NCBI GenBank assembly: GCA_963798485.1
Contig: CAWCTR010000008.1
Coordinates: 32,001-96,000 of the forward strand
Reading direction: 5' to 3'
Length of the DNA stretch: 64,000 bases
DNA from: an uncultured delta proteobacterium
GTDB taxonomy: Bacteria > Desulfobacterota > Desulfomonilia > UBA1062
Numbering within the stretch: the first letter of the stretch is position 1; each line of letters starts with the position of its first letter. The notes under the pieces were generated by a model that saw only the letters and a program-made list of their open reading frames with translations, was not told where the DNA came from and did not search any database. The translations under genes and the position numbers were made by a program. Positions 53,483 through 63,485 of the stretch are shown piece by piece.

Positions 53483-55456
53483 ATGATGAAACATTCTCAA
53501 AGAGAAAGAAATCTCACCACGAAGAACACAAAGGGAAAAGAATCACTTTGGTTTGGGAAACAAGTTCCTCCCTTTTGTAAAGGGAGGACAGGAGGGATTT
53601 TACGCCCATGCACTAAAATCTCCCCTGTCCCCTCCTTAAAAAGGAGGGGAACCTTATACCCTGCTTTTCTTCGTGCCCTTCGTGGTAAAAATATTATTGT
53701 GGCAGGCCTAGCCCTCGTTCTCTGTCTGACATTTTTAATCGATCATCCTGCTCAAGCACAGGACAATACTAAGGAAAAGTCGGGGTGGATGGAATGGGGG
53801 ACCAAATACTGTCCCGACAAGCCGGTCAGGGGCGGGTATGTCCGCGCTGCAGCGCCTCTGTACATCGGGTCCATGAATCCCAACCATTTCCCGGTCATGG
53901 ACTGGATAACCATGAGCACCATGTACGAGAAACTCATCAACCTGGACGGCAGCTACAAACCGACAATACCCTGGTTGGCCGAGTCCTGGGAGTATCTTGA
54001 CGATGTCACCGTGGTCATGAAGCTGAGAAAGGGCGTCATGTTCCATGACGGCTCGCCCTTCAATGCCAAGAGCCTGAAGTATCAGATGGACTGGATAATG
54101 GATAAGGACAACGCAGCATGGACCAGGGCCTGGATCGAGCCGCTGAAATCCGTAGACGTGATGGATGAGTACACGGTGAAATGGCATTTCAAAAGGTCAT
54201 GGGGTGCTTTTCTCGGTACCATGGCAAGTGTACCCGGATTTGCTGTTTCAGCAAAAGCGCTGGAACGTGATGCCGCCATGACAAAGACAAAAAAGATCGA
54301 ACGTGAACTCGTAACAGCAAGACGGAAGGCTGCCAATGAAAATGATGCCTGGAAGGCTGCAGAGGCAAAAAAGAGAGTGGCTGACCTGGAAGCACAGCTG
54401 AAAAGTTTCTCCGCGATTGCTCAAAATGCAAAGCCCCTCGACACCAACCCGGTGGGCACCGGACCGTATATGCTGGAGGCAGCAAGCACGGATAACTATG
54501 TAACGCTGAAAAGAAACCCGAACTGGTGGTTCGGCAGGAGCATCGGCATGCCGGACATGCCGTACTTCGACGGGATGAAGATATCCGTCATTCCCGACCC
54601 GTCCGTAAGGCTTGCAAATCTCAAGGCCGGCACAATCGACTTCATCGTGCTGAACGCCAACCAGTACAAACTGGTAAAAGACGATCCGAACTTTGATGTA
54701 GCCACCTTTCCCGTGAACTGGCTGGTATTTCTGACCTTCAACAATGCAAAGGGGCCTTGCGCGGATATCCGTGTCCGCCAGGCAATCTCCCACGCAATCG
54801 ATAGGAAAGCGCTGGTCATGGGAACCCAGTTCGGCCTCGGCAGAGTCTCCAGCTGCATATATCCGAACGATCACTGGGCCCACAATCCTGACTTGAAGCC
54901 CGTCAGCTACGATCCTGAATTATCCAGGAAGCTCCTTGCTCAAGCCGGTTATGGCGGTGGCCTCACCATAAAAGGGTTCACCCTCAATTCACCCGAGGCC
55001 CAGGCCTTCGCAAAGGCAGTGATGGCCATGCTCGAAAAGGTCGACATCACGTGGAAGCCGGTATTTCTGGGCGTTACCGGCATGATGGAGCCGTTTAAGA
55101 AAATGGATTTCGATATGATCGGGAACCTGTATCCCTGGATACAGGAACCGGATCATGTAGCCACCCTTCTCTATGACCCGGACAGCCCGTTCAACAATGG
55201 CCGGAGCCGTAATACAAAGGCCATTGCACTGATAAAGGCAGGGAGAGAAACAACCGACGTTGCAAAAAGGGCAAAGATCTACCACCAGCTGGAAAAGGTG
55301 CTCTACGACAACTACGAGGACGCCTGGCTCTGGTGGCCCAATGCAGTCCTGGCTTCCAGCAGGAATGTACGGGGATTCAACCTTGACATGAATATTAAAT
55401 ACGGGGAAGGGTACTATTTCTCACATCCGCAATGGTTCAGAGATGGGCATCCTTGA
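53483..55456 (+). CDS. Family 5 (cluster C) ABC substrate-binding protein
   Basis: LAESW, LRKGV.FHDG, PVGTGPY, VRQAISHAIDR; GAGGAGG RBS. Confidence 0.9.
   Translation: MMKHSQRERNLTTKNTKGKESLWFGKQVPPFCKGRTGGILRPCTKISPVPSLKRRGTLYPAFLRALRGKNIIVAGLALVLCLTFLIDHPAQAQDNTKEKSGWMEWGTKYCPDKPVRGGYVRAAAPLYIGSMNPNHFPVMDWITMSTMYEKLINLDGSYKPTIPWLAESWEYLDDVTVVMKLRKGVMFHDGSPFNAKSLKYQMDWIMDKDNAAWTRAWIEPLKSVDVMDEYTVKWHFKRSWGAFLGTMASVPGFAVSAKALERDAAMTKTKKIERELVTARRKAANENDAWKAAEAKKRVADLEAQLKSFSAIAQNAKPLDTNPVGTGPYMLEAASTDNYVTLKRNPNWWFGRSIGMPDMPYFDGMKISVIPDPSVRLANLKAGTIDFIVLNANQYKLVKDDPNFDVATFPVNWLVFLTFNNAKGPCADIRVRQAISHAIDRKALVMGTQFGLGRVSSCIYPNDHWAHNPDLKPVSYDPELSRKLLAQAGYGGGLTIKGFTLNSPEAQAFAKAVMAMLEKVDITWKPVFLGVTGMMEPFKKMDFDMIGNLYPWIQEPDHVATLLYDPDSPFNNGRSRNTKAIALIKAGRETTDVAKRAKIYHQLEKVLYDNYEDAWLWWPNAVLASSRNVRGFNLDMNIKYGEGYYFSHPQWFRDGHP
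53516..53686. repeat. Nested palindromic element within the 5' coding region of the binding protein
   Basis: Outer IR accacgaag.../...cttcgtggt; inner 39-bp IR 53564-53602 / 53614-53652. Confidence 0.8.
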
Positions 55457-55490
55457 GTATAAAGTCCGACACAATACGAGGTATGATAAA

Positions 55491-56790
55491 ATGGAAACAT
55501 TTCAGGAGCGCATTGCGTATTTGGATAACATAAGAAATATTCTAGTATATAATGTCGTTCTTGTTCATATCATCTTAATGTTCGCCTATCCTTTGAGTTT
55601 CTGGTGGTCGGTTATCGATAAAAATGGGTCATCCAGTGTCTATAAAAATCATCTCGTTATAATGGATATTTACTTGATGCCTCATCTTATGTTCATTGCC
55701 GCACTTTTTATATTCCCTTCCCTGAATGCTACATCTACAATAATTTATATTAAAAAAAGATTTTTTAGAATCTTTGTACCGATAATTGTATTTACTTTTT
55801 GCGCAGGAGATATTTTTTATCAAATCCTATTTAAACGATTAGACAACTCCAATCCAACCTATATCCTTACATTCCTTGATTACTGGCGTGACTTTATAAA
55901 TTTTTAAAGTAATTACTTTTATCGGGGAAGGTAAAATGTTGAACCAGATTAGTTTTAATATGTCTCATGCCTGGTTTTTATCATTTCTTTTTTTCATGAC
56001 ATTAGTAGCCGTCTTATTGACTATACCCTTCAAGAAAAAAGAAAAAGTGCAGAGTGAAGTTGAAAGCAGGAAAAAAATAATAATTAAAACAATTATCCTG
56101 GCCGTGATACTCGGCTTTTTCTATGCAGTGCTCGCAATATTGTTTTCTGTTAAGGGTATTCGTTTTGATTCATGGATACGGGTATTCGGATTGGTTCAGG
56201 TTCGGCTTAATCAATTCTTTATACTTCTACCCTTGTTTCTACTTGGTTTATTTATGTACAGGAAGGATTGGCTGACCAGAGGAGATATCGGGAGCTGGAA
56301 AATGTGGGGCATGATATCAGCAGTTTTGATTTTTGTTTATGTCTTGCTTTTCCATAACAGACTTTCCCCCACTTTGGACGAATTATATAAGATTGCTGAA
56401 CATAATATGATTTACTCGGATAAAATACCATTCCCGGTAATTACAGATTCTTTTAAACAGACCGGTTTGATTATTTATATTCTGACTGTGCCGATATGTA
56501 TATTTCTTTTAATGTTTTTTCTTTCTTTTACTAAGAAATATTTTAACAAACACAATAAAATAACGGAATTTTGTTCAAAGCATTCCATCAATGTATATCC
56601 TCATCCACTGATTGCTCTATCATTTTTTGTAATACTAAAACTGGTCTCGCTATTTATAGGCTTTGACTTTTATTATATAGCTCTTTTGACCGTGATTTTT
56701 ATTTCTTTTGCAGGCGCCATCTATGAATCTGTAAGGTTACTGGTATCTGGAAAAGCCAGCGGACAGAAATTTATAAGTTCGCAGTTATAA
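55491..56790 (+). pseudogene. Acyltransferase_3 (OpgC/MdoC-like) membrane protein, frameshifted at T-run 55901-55905
   Basis: RIAYLDNIR...H, KKRFFRIFVP, HAWFL; AT-rich; removing one T joins the two ORFs. Confidence 0.78.
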
Positions 56791-56909
56791 CATCATAGCA
56801 GATTTGATTACAAGTCAGTTTTATAATAGCTTTATTTTTAGTTCAGCAGATGTGAAGATGTATGTACCACATGACAAAGGGAATAAATAATAATATAGAT
56901 TAGCAACTA

Positions 56910-56957
56910 GGGGCGGTTTTATTGGTAGTGAATGACAATCAACTGAATCGCCCCCCT
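56910..56957. repeat. Imperfect inverted repeat (REP-like)
   Basis: ggggcggttttattg ... caactgaatcgcccc. Confidence 0.45.
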
Positions 56958-56985
56958 ATCTGGTTAAGAAAGGAGAAGAAAACAG

Positions 56986-57270
56986 ATGTCAACATTCATT
57001 TTATTCGGAAGGTATTCACCCGAGGCATTAAAAGGGGTAAGTTCAGCTCGAACCAAGAAGGCATTGACCCTGGTTAAAAAATTCAATGGCAAGATCCTTT
57101 CCATGTATGCCCTGCTTGGAGAAAAGGACCTCATGTTCATTGCAGATTTTCCCGGAATTGAAGAGGTCATGCAGGCATCGGTTGCCTTGCACAAACTTAC
57201 AGGCATCTCATTTTCCACATCAGCTGCTGTTTCAGTCGATAAGTTCGACAAACTGATGGCAGAGATCTGA
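56986..57270 (+). CDS. GYD domain-containing protein
   Basis: 94 aa; G..LSMYALLGEKDL pattern; AGGAG RBS. Confidence 0.75.
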   Translation: MSTFILFGRYSPEALKGVSSARTKKALTLVKKFNGKILSMYALLGEKDLMFIADFPGIEEVMQASVALHKLTGISFSTSAAVSVDKFDKLMAEI

Positions 57271-57326
57271 TCAAGGCCAGTTAAACAATAACTGGATAGA
57301 TCCATAAAAACTGAAGGGGTGGATCT

Positions 57327-57398
57327 GGGGTCAGGTCTTGCTTTTTGCTTTTCATAAACCGTGCATGTCCCTATAAGCAAAAAACAATACCAGACCCC
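57327..57398. repeat. REPIN/MITE-like inverted repeat
   Basis: 24-bp arms ggggtcaggtcttgctttttgctt / aagcaaaaaacaataccagacccc with 24-bp spacer. Confidence 0.7.
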
Positions 57399-57654
57399 GC
57401 GCTTTCCTTATCTCCGCTCCAGCGGAGATTAACAGAAAATCGACCCTATTTGCCTCGTGTAGGCATAGACGCCAGAGGTGCCAATCAAGGTCTTGATGGA
57501 GCTGAGGGGCGCAGAATATTATCTATCTTCCTGGGCAAGCCTTCGGCTTTGCCCAGGCCACCCAGAAACCAGTCTGTCATTTATTTAGGCCACCCGCCCA
57601 TGCTTGTAAGGCACGGCATGGCGCAGCTCTACTCCCATCAGGCACAGGCTAAGG

Positions 57655-58623
57655 TCAATTGACCAAGCTCTCCGGTATCTGACCCTGCATTACCTTAACA
57701 ATATTGGAGATGGTCATGGTGATGATGCGCCCCTGGGCCTCCTGGGAGACGCCCGCGACATGCGGGGATAGGATGACATTGTCCGCGGCTGTCGCGAGCA
57801 GCGGATTCGTCTGATCGATGGGTTCTGCGCTGAAGACATCGAGGGCCGCTCCGCCGAGTTTCCCGCCCCGCAACGCCTCGGCCAGGGCCGGCTCATCGAT
57901 GACCTCGCCGCGGGCCACGTTGATGACCACGGCCCTGGGTTTCATGAGGGCGATATTGTCCCGGCTGATGAGGCCCGTCGTCTCCTTTGTCAGCGGACAA
58001 TGCAGGCTGAGCACGTCGGCGCTTCTGAGCACGTCTTCCAATCCGGCAAAGATTACCTGGTAGCGTTTTTCTTCCGCGGCCTCTATCCGGAAGGGATCGA
58101 AATAGATCATCCGGGGGCCGAAGGGGATCAACCGCTCGGCCACGGCCTTGCCGATCCGTCCGAATCCCACGAATCCCCATGTCTTGCCGAAGAGCTCGAC
58201 CGGCCGCACTTCCATTTGCCGCCATTCACCCGAGGCCGTCGTACGGGCGGCGTAGAAGATGTTCTTGAGAAGACACAGGGCGGTCATGACGGTGTGCTCG
58301 GCCACGGCGATGGTATTGGCCCCGGCGGTGTTGGCGACCTTGATGCCGAACTCCGTGCAGGCGGCGACGTCGATGTGCTGATAGCCCACGCTCGGCTGTT
58401 GGATGAGCTTCACCCGCCGGGCGGCCTGTGCTACCTCGCGCGTGATCCGGCGCTGGAAGGTGTAATCGCCGATGATATACCCGGCGTCCTTGACGGCCTC
58501 AACGATCTGCTCAGGGTTGAATCCGCTCCCATCGACTACCTCGAGCCCCTCCACTCCTTGCATCTTGAACAATTCATTGATGATTACGGCCGGCAGCGGC
58601 GCCAGGGAAACAATCTTCTCCAT
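57655..58623 (-). CDS. D-isomer-specific 2-hydroxyacid dehydrogenase
   Basis: AVAEH, GFGRIG, HCPLT, NVARG, DVF..EP, SPHVAG. Confidence 0.92.
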   Translation of the reverse strand: MEKIVSLAPLPAVIINELFKMQGVEGLEVVDGSGFNPEQIVEAVKDAGYIIGDYTFQRRITREVAQAARRVKLIQQPSVGYQHIDVAACTEFGIKVANTAGANTIAVAEHTVMTALCLLKNIFYAARTTASGEWRQMEVRPVELFGKTWGFVGFGRIGKAVAERLIPFGPRMIYFDPFRIEAAEEKRYQVIFAGLEDVLRSADVLSLHCPLTKETTGLISRDNIALMKPRAVVINVARGEVIDEPALAEALRGGKLGGAALDVFSAEPIDQTNPLLATAADNVILSPHVAGVSQEAQGRIITMTISNIVKVMQGQIPESLVN

Positions 58624-58744
58624 ACCCTTGCCTCCTTTCCCGATTTCACTCACCTCACGAGGGGAAATGTAATGAAAGCGCATACCCCCCCAACACCGAA
58701 GGTCTCACCCCTCGTGAGGCCAAGGGGGGATTCAGCTTCTTTTC

Positions 58745-59666
58745 CTATTCCAGGACAGCGCCGCGGGCGGCAGAGCCGACCATTTTAATATAGCGGCGCA
58801 TATACCCCGGCGGGATCTCACGCAGAACCGGTTTCCAGGCCGCCAGACGCCTCTTGATCTCCTCGTCGCTGAGGTTGACGGTGAGTGCGCGGGCCGGGAT
58901 ATCGATGGTGATCATGTCGCCGTCGCGGATGACGGCGATCGGTCCGCCGCAGTCCGCCTCCGGCGAGACGTGGCCGATGCACGGTCCGGCCGTGGCCCCG
59001 GAGAAACGCCCATCCGTAATGAGGGCCACGCGGGTAAAGCCCGCCAGGTCGAGGCCCATGGTCACGGCCAAGGTTTCGGGCATGCCGGGGCCGCCCTCGG
59101 GGAGCGGATGACAGAAGGCCCATGGGCCTTGTCCGGGATGACGCGCCTCGGCGTATCTTGACCACGGCCTGCTCCACGATCTCGCGCACCGTCAGGCCTG
59201 AGACCGTCATGGGACCCGGGTGCAGGTCGTCGGCGAGCATCTTCATGACGGCAGGTATGCCGCCGGCCACGAAGAGGTCGATGATCCCGTGCGGACCGTT
59301 GGGGGAGATCCCGCACAAGGTGGGGATAATGCGGTTGAAATCATTGATATCGGCGATGAGATCGCGCTGCGCCGGAACGAAGTGCATCCCCGGGTGGCCT
59401 TCGGTCATTCCGTCGCAGGGGGCGGGGACGTTGAACTCAAAAGGCAGTCCCCCGGCTGCGTGTACCCCTTCCTTGACCCGCTGGGCAATGGGCCCGAGGT
59501 GCATGTGACCGGGGTTGATCTCAGTCAGCGAGTTCGCGATGCCGATGATCGGTTTGGCGCGGCCCTCGTCCAGGTCGACGCCCGTGCCTTGAAAGATCGA
59601 CTTCCGTACGATGCTGATGGGAAAATCGCTATCGTCGAAGATAGGTGTACTCTGCGGTTTCTTCAT
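58745..59666 (-). pseudogene. ilvD: Dihydroxy-acid dehydratase (IlvD/Edd family) with large internal deletions and frameshifts
   Basis: [36 protein letters not shown] and HVSPE motifs in only about 920 bp. Confidence 0.85.
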
Positions 59667-59971
59667 GTACCTCCTTCTATGTTCATGCCTGCGGTACAAG
59701 CTTACCATACTAGAAATAGCATGACGTTGGAAGACCTACCCCATTATCTCGCTCGTCATGACAAATCAATTTTTGATGATGCAATAGAACACTATGATGC
59801 CATCGGCCTGGCAGGTAACACGAACCCTGATCTTGCAGAGCCTTCCTGGATGCCGGCCTGGAACAGGGAGAAATACCCCGATAGTCACCCGTTGTCTGTC
59901 CAGGAGGCGCATGTTATATAACCGCCAGGTGAGGATATGTTTGTAGTTGTTCTTACAAAGGAGGTTCCTGA

Positions 59972-62560
59972 ATGAAAAAGACAGCCGTTGGCGTCGCCAT
60001 CTTCATCGGGGTGGTCATCCTCATTCTTGCAATAGTGCCCTTTGCCATAGATCTGAACAAGCACAAGGGCACAATCCTTACACAGATTAAAACCTATACG
60101 AACAGGCAGGTGGATTTTCAGAGTATCAGGCTCACGATCCTGACAGGCCTGGGCGCCGAGATCAAAGGCCTTCGCATTTCCGATGACCCTGCATTCTCTC
60201 ATGAAGATTTTGTTTCTCTCAATGCGGCAAAGGTTAAGGTTGCACTTCTCCCCCTGTTAAGCAGACAGATCAAGATCAAGACCGTTGTTCTCAAGGAGCC
60301 GCAGGTTCATATTGTGAAGAATGCCTCGGGTGTATTCAACTTCACGACCCTGCTCATACCAAAGCCCGGGGAGGAAGCAAAAAAAGAGACCTCGAAATCA
60401 AGGGCAAAACCCGGGGCTTTTGCTGCGCTGCTGGTGAGCAATGTAGTGATCAAGCATGGGCTCATCACCTATAGCGATGACACGCTCAAGAACAGGGCCA
60501 AACCCTTTACCATCAGCAACATCGACCTTGAATCCCAGGATATCTCCACGCTCAGGCCCGTCTCCTTTTCTCTGTCTGCTTCGGTCATGAACCCTAACGG
60601 CCAGAACTTGGCCCTGGCTGGCGCCATCGGTCCTGTCCCCCGGGAGGGGGGTCTTTCTCAGACCCCGATAGACGTGCATCTCCTCCTTGATGCCCTGCCG
60701 CTCAATACCTTGCCCGTGAATATGCCCATTCAGGCAGGCACCATGAAGATAGACATCACGGCAAAGGGGATATTGAAGGACAAGGTTACATCCAAGGCCG
60801 TTATGGATGTTGCCGGCCTTGTGCTCGGAAGTCCGGCCGGGACACGGCAGGTAAAGGATCAGAAAGGCATATCGTGCAGGTTTTCCAGCGGCCTGGCCCT
60901 TGAGATTGAAAGGCAGCAGCTTGTGATCGATAACGGGACATTCGATATCGGCCAGGACCATGGCAATTTCGAGGGCTCGGTGCAAAATCTCAAGACAATC
61001 CCGACCTGGAATATAACGCTTAAGTCCAGCTGTATAACCCCAGGGCCCATCCTTGCTCAGCTACCCATGTTTGCCGGGATTATACCGGGGAAGATCATGC
61101 TTACAGGCCCTGCCGGTCTCAGTGTCACTTCAACAGGCAATAAAGAGGCCTTTCAGGTTGACACGGCAATAGAGATGAGTCCCATGGCCATAACCTTCGG
61201 GAAGATCTTCGATAAACCGGTAAACAGCCCCATGGGCCTTTCAAGCCGGATGATAATGAAGAAGGACGTCACGGAGATTAGCTCCCTTGATATCAATCTG
61301 GGTGCCATCACCGCCTCGGGCACGGGTGAGGTAAGAAAGGTCCAGGACAAATCAAGCTACCAGATCAGAATCCAGACAAACCCGGCTCCGCTTGAGACCG
61401 CACAGGCCCTCATCCCCATGCTCAAGGATTTCAAGCCCACAGGAAATATCGTGTTGAAGACAGCCATCAACGGCGGGGCAGGGGCCATGACCGTGAATGT
61501 GGCAGCACTCTCTGAGCACATGGGCCTCGTTCTGACCAAGCCGGCGGTTGAAGATCAGGCCGAGGGAAAGTTCATTGCCGGACCGGTCACGGCGAGTCTG
61601 AATGGGGTAACCCTTTCAATGGAAGCCCTGAAAAAGGAAAAGGGCATGGGCATGAATGGAACCATCAAGTCGCGCCAGGGAACAATTAAGGATCTGCCGT
61701 TCACAAGCCTCACCAGTACATTCACCTATGCCGACGATCAGTTTAAGGTTAAGTCCTTTGACATTGAGGCCCTGAAGGGGTCCATCAAGGGTGCGGTTTC
61801 CTACGACCTCAAGACCAAGGCATGGGCGGCATCCCCCACCTTTAACAATGTCCAGGCAGGCAACGTTCTGGATACAATGACAAGCTTCAAGGGTGTCTTC
61901 GCAGGAATACTCACAGGCGATGTCAAGGCGCAGGGAGTGGCCGGCGCTCCTGCGTTGAACAACCTGGGCGCCCAGGTGAATCTCCGCATCAATAAGGGCG
62001 AATGGAAGAACTTCGACCTTGAGGGAAAGGTTCTGGGCACCCTGGTGGGTGTTCCAGGCCTGTCCGAGGCCTTCGGGATGGCCCCGTCCGAGATTAAGAA
62101 ATATCAGACTACCCGTTTTGAGACAATGAACGCGCAGGTCGATCTTGCCCACAAGGTGATCAAGGTGAATTCCATGCAGCTTTTGAATATTTCGAGCGGC
62201 AAGGATCTGGATATAGAGTCCGACTTGAAGGGCACCATCAGCATGGAGACCAACAAGCTCGATCTCAACGGCCAAGTGATACTGCCCAAGAGGTTCTCCC
62301 AGCGCATGGGCGCCAGGGCCGATGCCTTCTCAACGCTTATGAACGAACAGAAGAGGCTCGTGCTGCCCATGACGATAACCGGCTCTCTCAAGAAACCCAT
62401 ACCCATGGTTGACGCGAGATCGTTAAGAAGCGCAATGACCCGGTACTATGCAACCAAGGCCCTCAAGAAGCTCCAGGACAAGGTCGGGCTTCCGCAAGGC
62501 AACGAGGATACGATGAAGAACATTCAAAACACGCTGGAAGGTCTGTTCAAGAAGAAATAG
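59972..62560 (+). CDS. AsmA family protein
   Basis: N-terminal anchor, LLPLL...I..V.L..P, G.FNF..L; beta-rich; C-terminal LP..ITG.L..P. Confidence 0.85.
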   Translation: MKKTAVGVAIFIGVVILILAIVPFAIDLNKHKGTILTQIKTYTNRQVDFQSIRLTILTGLGAEIKGLRISDDPAFSHEDFVSLNAAKVKVALLPLLSRQIKIKTVVLKEPQVHIVKNASGVFNFTTLLIPKPGEEAKKETSKSRAKPGAFAALLVSNVVIKHGLITYSDDTLKNRAKPFTISNIDLESQDISTLRPVSFSLSASVMNPNGQNLALAGAIGPVPREGGLSQTPIDVHLLLDALPLNTLPVNMPIQAGTMKIDITAKGILKDKVTSKAVMDVAGLVLGSPAGTRQVKDQKGISCRFSSGLALEIERQQLVIDNGTFDIGQDHGNFEGSVQNLKTIPTWNITLKSSCITPGPILAQLPMFAGIIPGKIMLTGPAGLSVTSTGNKEAFQVDTAIEMSPMAITFGKIFDKPVNSPMGLSSRMIMKKDVTEISSLDINLGAITASGTGEVRKVQDKSSYQIRIQTNPAPLETAQALIPMLKDFKPTGNIVLKTAINGGAGAMTVNVAALSEHMGLVLTKPAVEDQAEGKFIAGPVTASLNGVTLSMEALKKEKGMGMNGTIKSRQGTIKDLPFTSLTSTFTYADDQFKVKSFDIEALKGSIKGAVSYDLKTKAWAASPTFNNVQAGNVLDTMTSFKGVFAGILTGDVKAQGVAGAPALNNLGAQVNLRINKGEWKNFDLEGKVLGTLVGVPGLSEAFGMAPSEIKKYQTTRFETMNAQVDLAHKVIKVNSMQLLNISSGKDLDIESDLKGTISMETNKLDLNGQVILPKRFSQRMGARADAFSTLMNEQKRLVLPMTITGSLKKPIPMVDARSLRSAMTRYYATKALKKLQDKVGLPQGNEDTMKNIQNTLEGLFKKK

Positions 62561-62630
62561 GAGAGGCTGCCGGGGTGAAGGCCTGTTCGGCCGTTGTTAC
62601 CGTGAGATTTTCTATGGCTGATAGCCGGGT

Positions 62631-63485
62631 TCATACCGCACACTTGAAGGCCCTGCCGGGGATCAGGCCCATGGTGAGCGGACGAACGGGGAGCTTGTCC
62701 TTCTCAAGGCCCGATGCTACTTCATGCAACGGGCAGATCCGGTAACCGAGCGAGACGGCCAGGGTCAGCATCTCCTTGAATTGGCCCTGGTATACCAGGC
62801 CCTCCACCTCTGCATGAACGGGCAGTACCTGGGGCACCTGGATATCAGAGCGGTCTTTGATGGCTGCCATGACGCCGTCTACGCCCACTTCCTCAATGCA
62901 CGGCATATTCGAGGGGACCTCGATCATGGAGTTATCCTCAAAGACGAACGGGGCTTGGGCCCTGGTGCAGCTCAGATACGAGAGTTTATAGGTTTCAACG
63001 ACCTCGAGCGAGCGTTCATCAATCATCCAGCCGGGCGCGCCGAAGGCCTTCGGCTGTGTACCTGTAATCTGGACATAGGCCCCTACCATCTTGGCAAACC
63101 ATGCCTCTATGGAGTTTCTGCTCATGAGAAAGAGCCAGTCCTGCCAGAGGCGGTGGTCCCAGGCGTGGCAGGCTACCTCGTGTCCGGCCTTTATGAGGCC
63201 TTGGATTATGTCCGGAAAATCCATGCCGATCATGGGCGCTCTCAGCAGGGTGCCGTATAGGGCCGTCTTCCACCCGTAGAGGCCGGGTGCGTTGGTGCGG
63301 ATCATCTTTTTTAAAAACGAAGGCCGCAGGAGCTGCAGCACGGCCAGGCCCGACCTGTCCGGGCCGAAGCTGATGAAGAAGCTCGCTTTCAGACCGTACG
63401 CTGAGAGGATTCCGGCGATAGCCGGAACACCCTCCTTCATGCCGCGGAAGGTGTCAACGTCAACCTTGAGGGCCAGATCAGGCAT
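62631..63485 (-). CDS. arnD: ArnD-like undecaprenyl-P-L-Ara4FN deformylase (polysaccharide deacetylase fold)
   Basis: LKVDVDT.RG..EGVP, GPD.SG, HAWDH..WQ, HAEVEG; follows arnA. Confidence 0.8.
   Translation of the reverse strand: MPDLALKVDVDTFRGMKEGVPAIAGILSAYGLKASFFISFGPDRSGLAVLQLLRPSFLKKMIRTNAPGLYGWKTALYGTLLRAPMIGMDFPDIIQGLIKAGHEVACHAWDHRLWQDWLFLMSRNSIEAWFAKMVGAYVQITGTQPKAFGAPGWMIDERSLEVVETYKLSYLSCTRAQAPFVFEDNSMIEVPSNMPCIEEVGVDGVMAAIKDRSDIQVPQVLPVHAEVEGLVYQGQFKEMLTLAVSLGYRICPLHEVASGLEKDKLPVRPLTMGLIPGRAFKCAV

Noticed and set aside
59721-59921. Short ORF MTLEDLPHYL...
   Set aside because: May be a gene fragment, but I cannot assign a family
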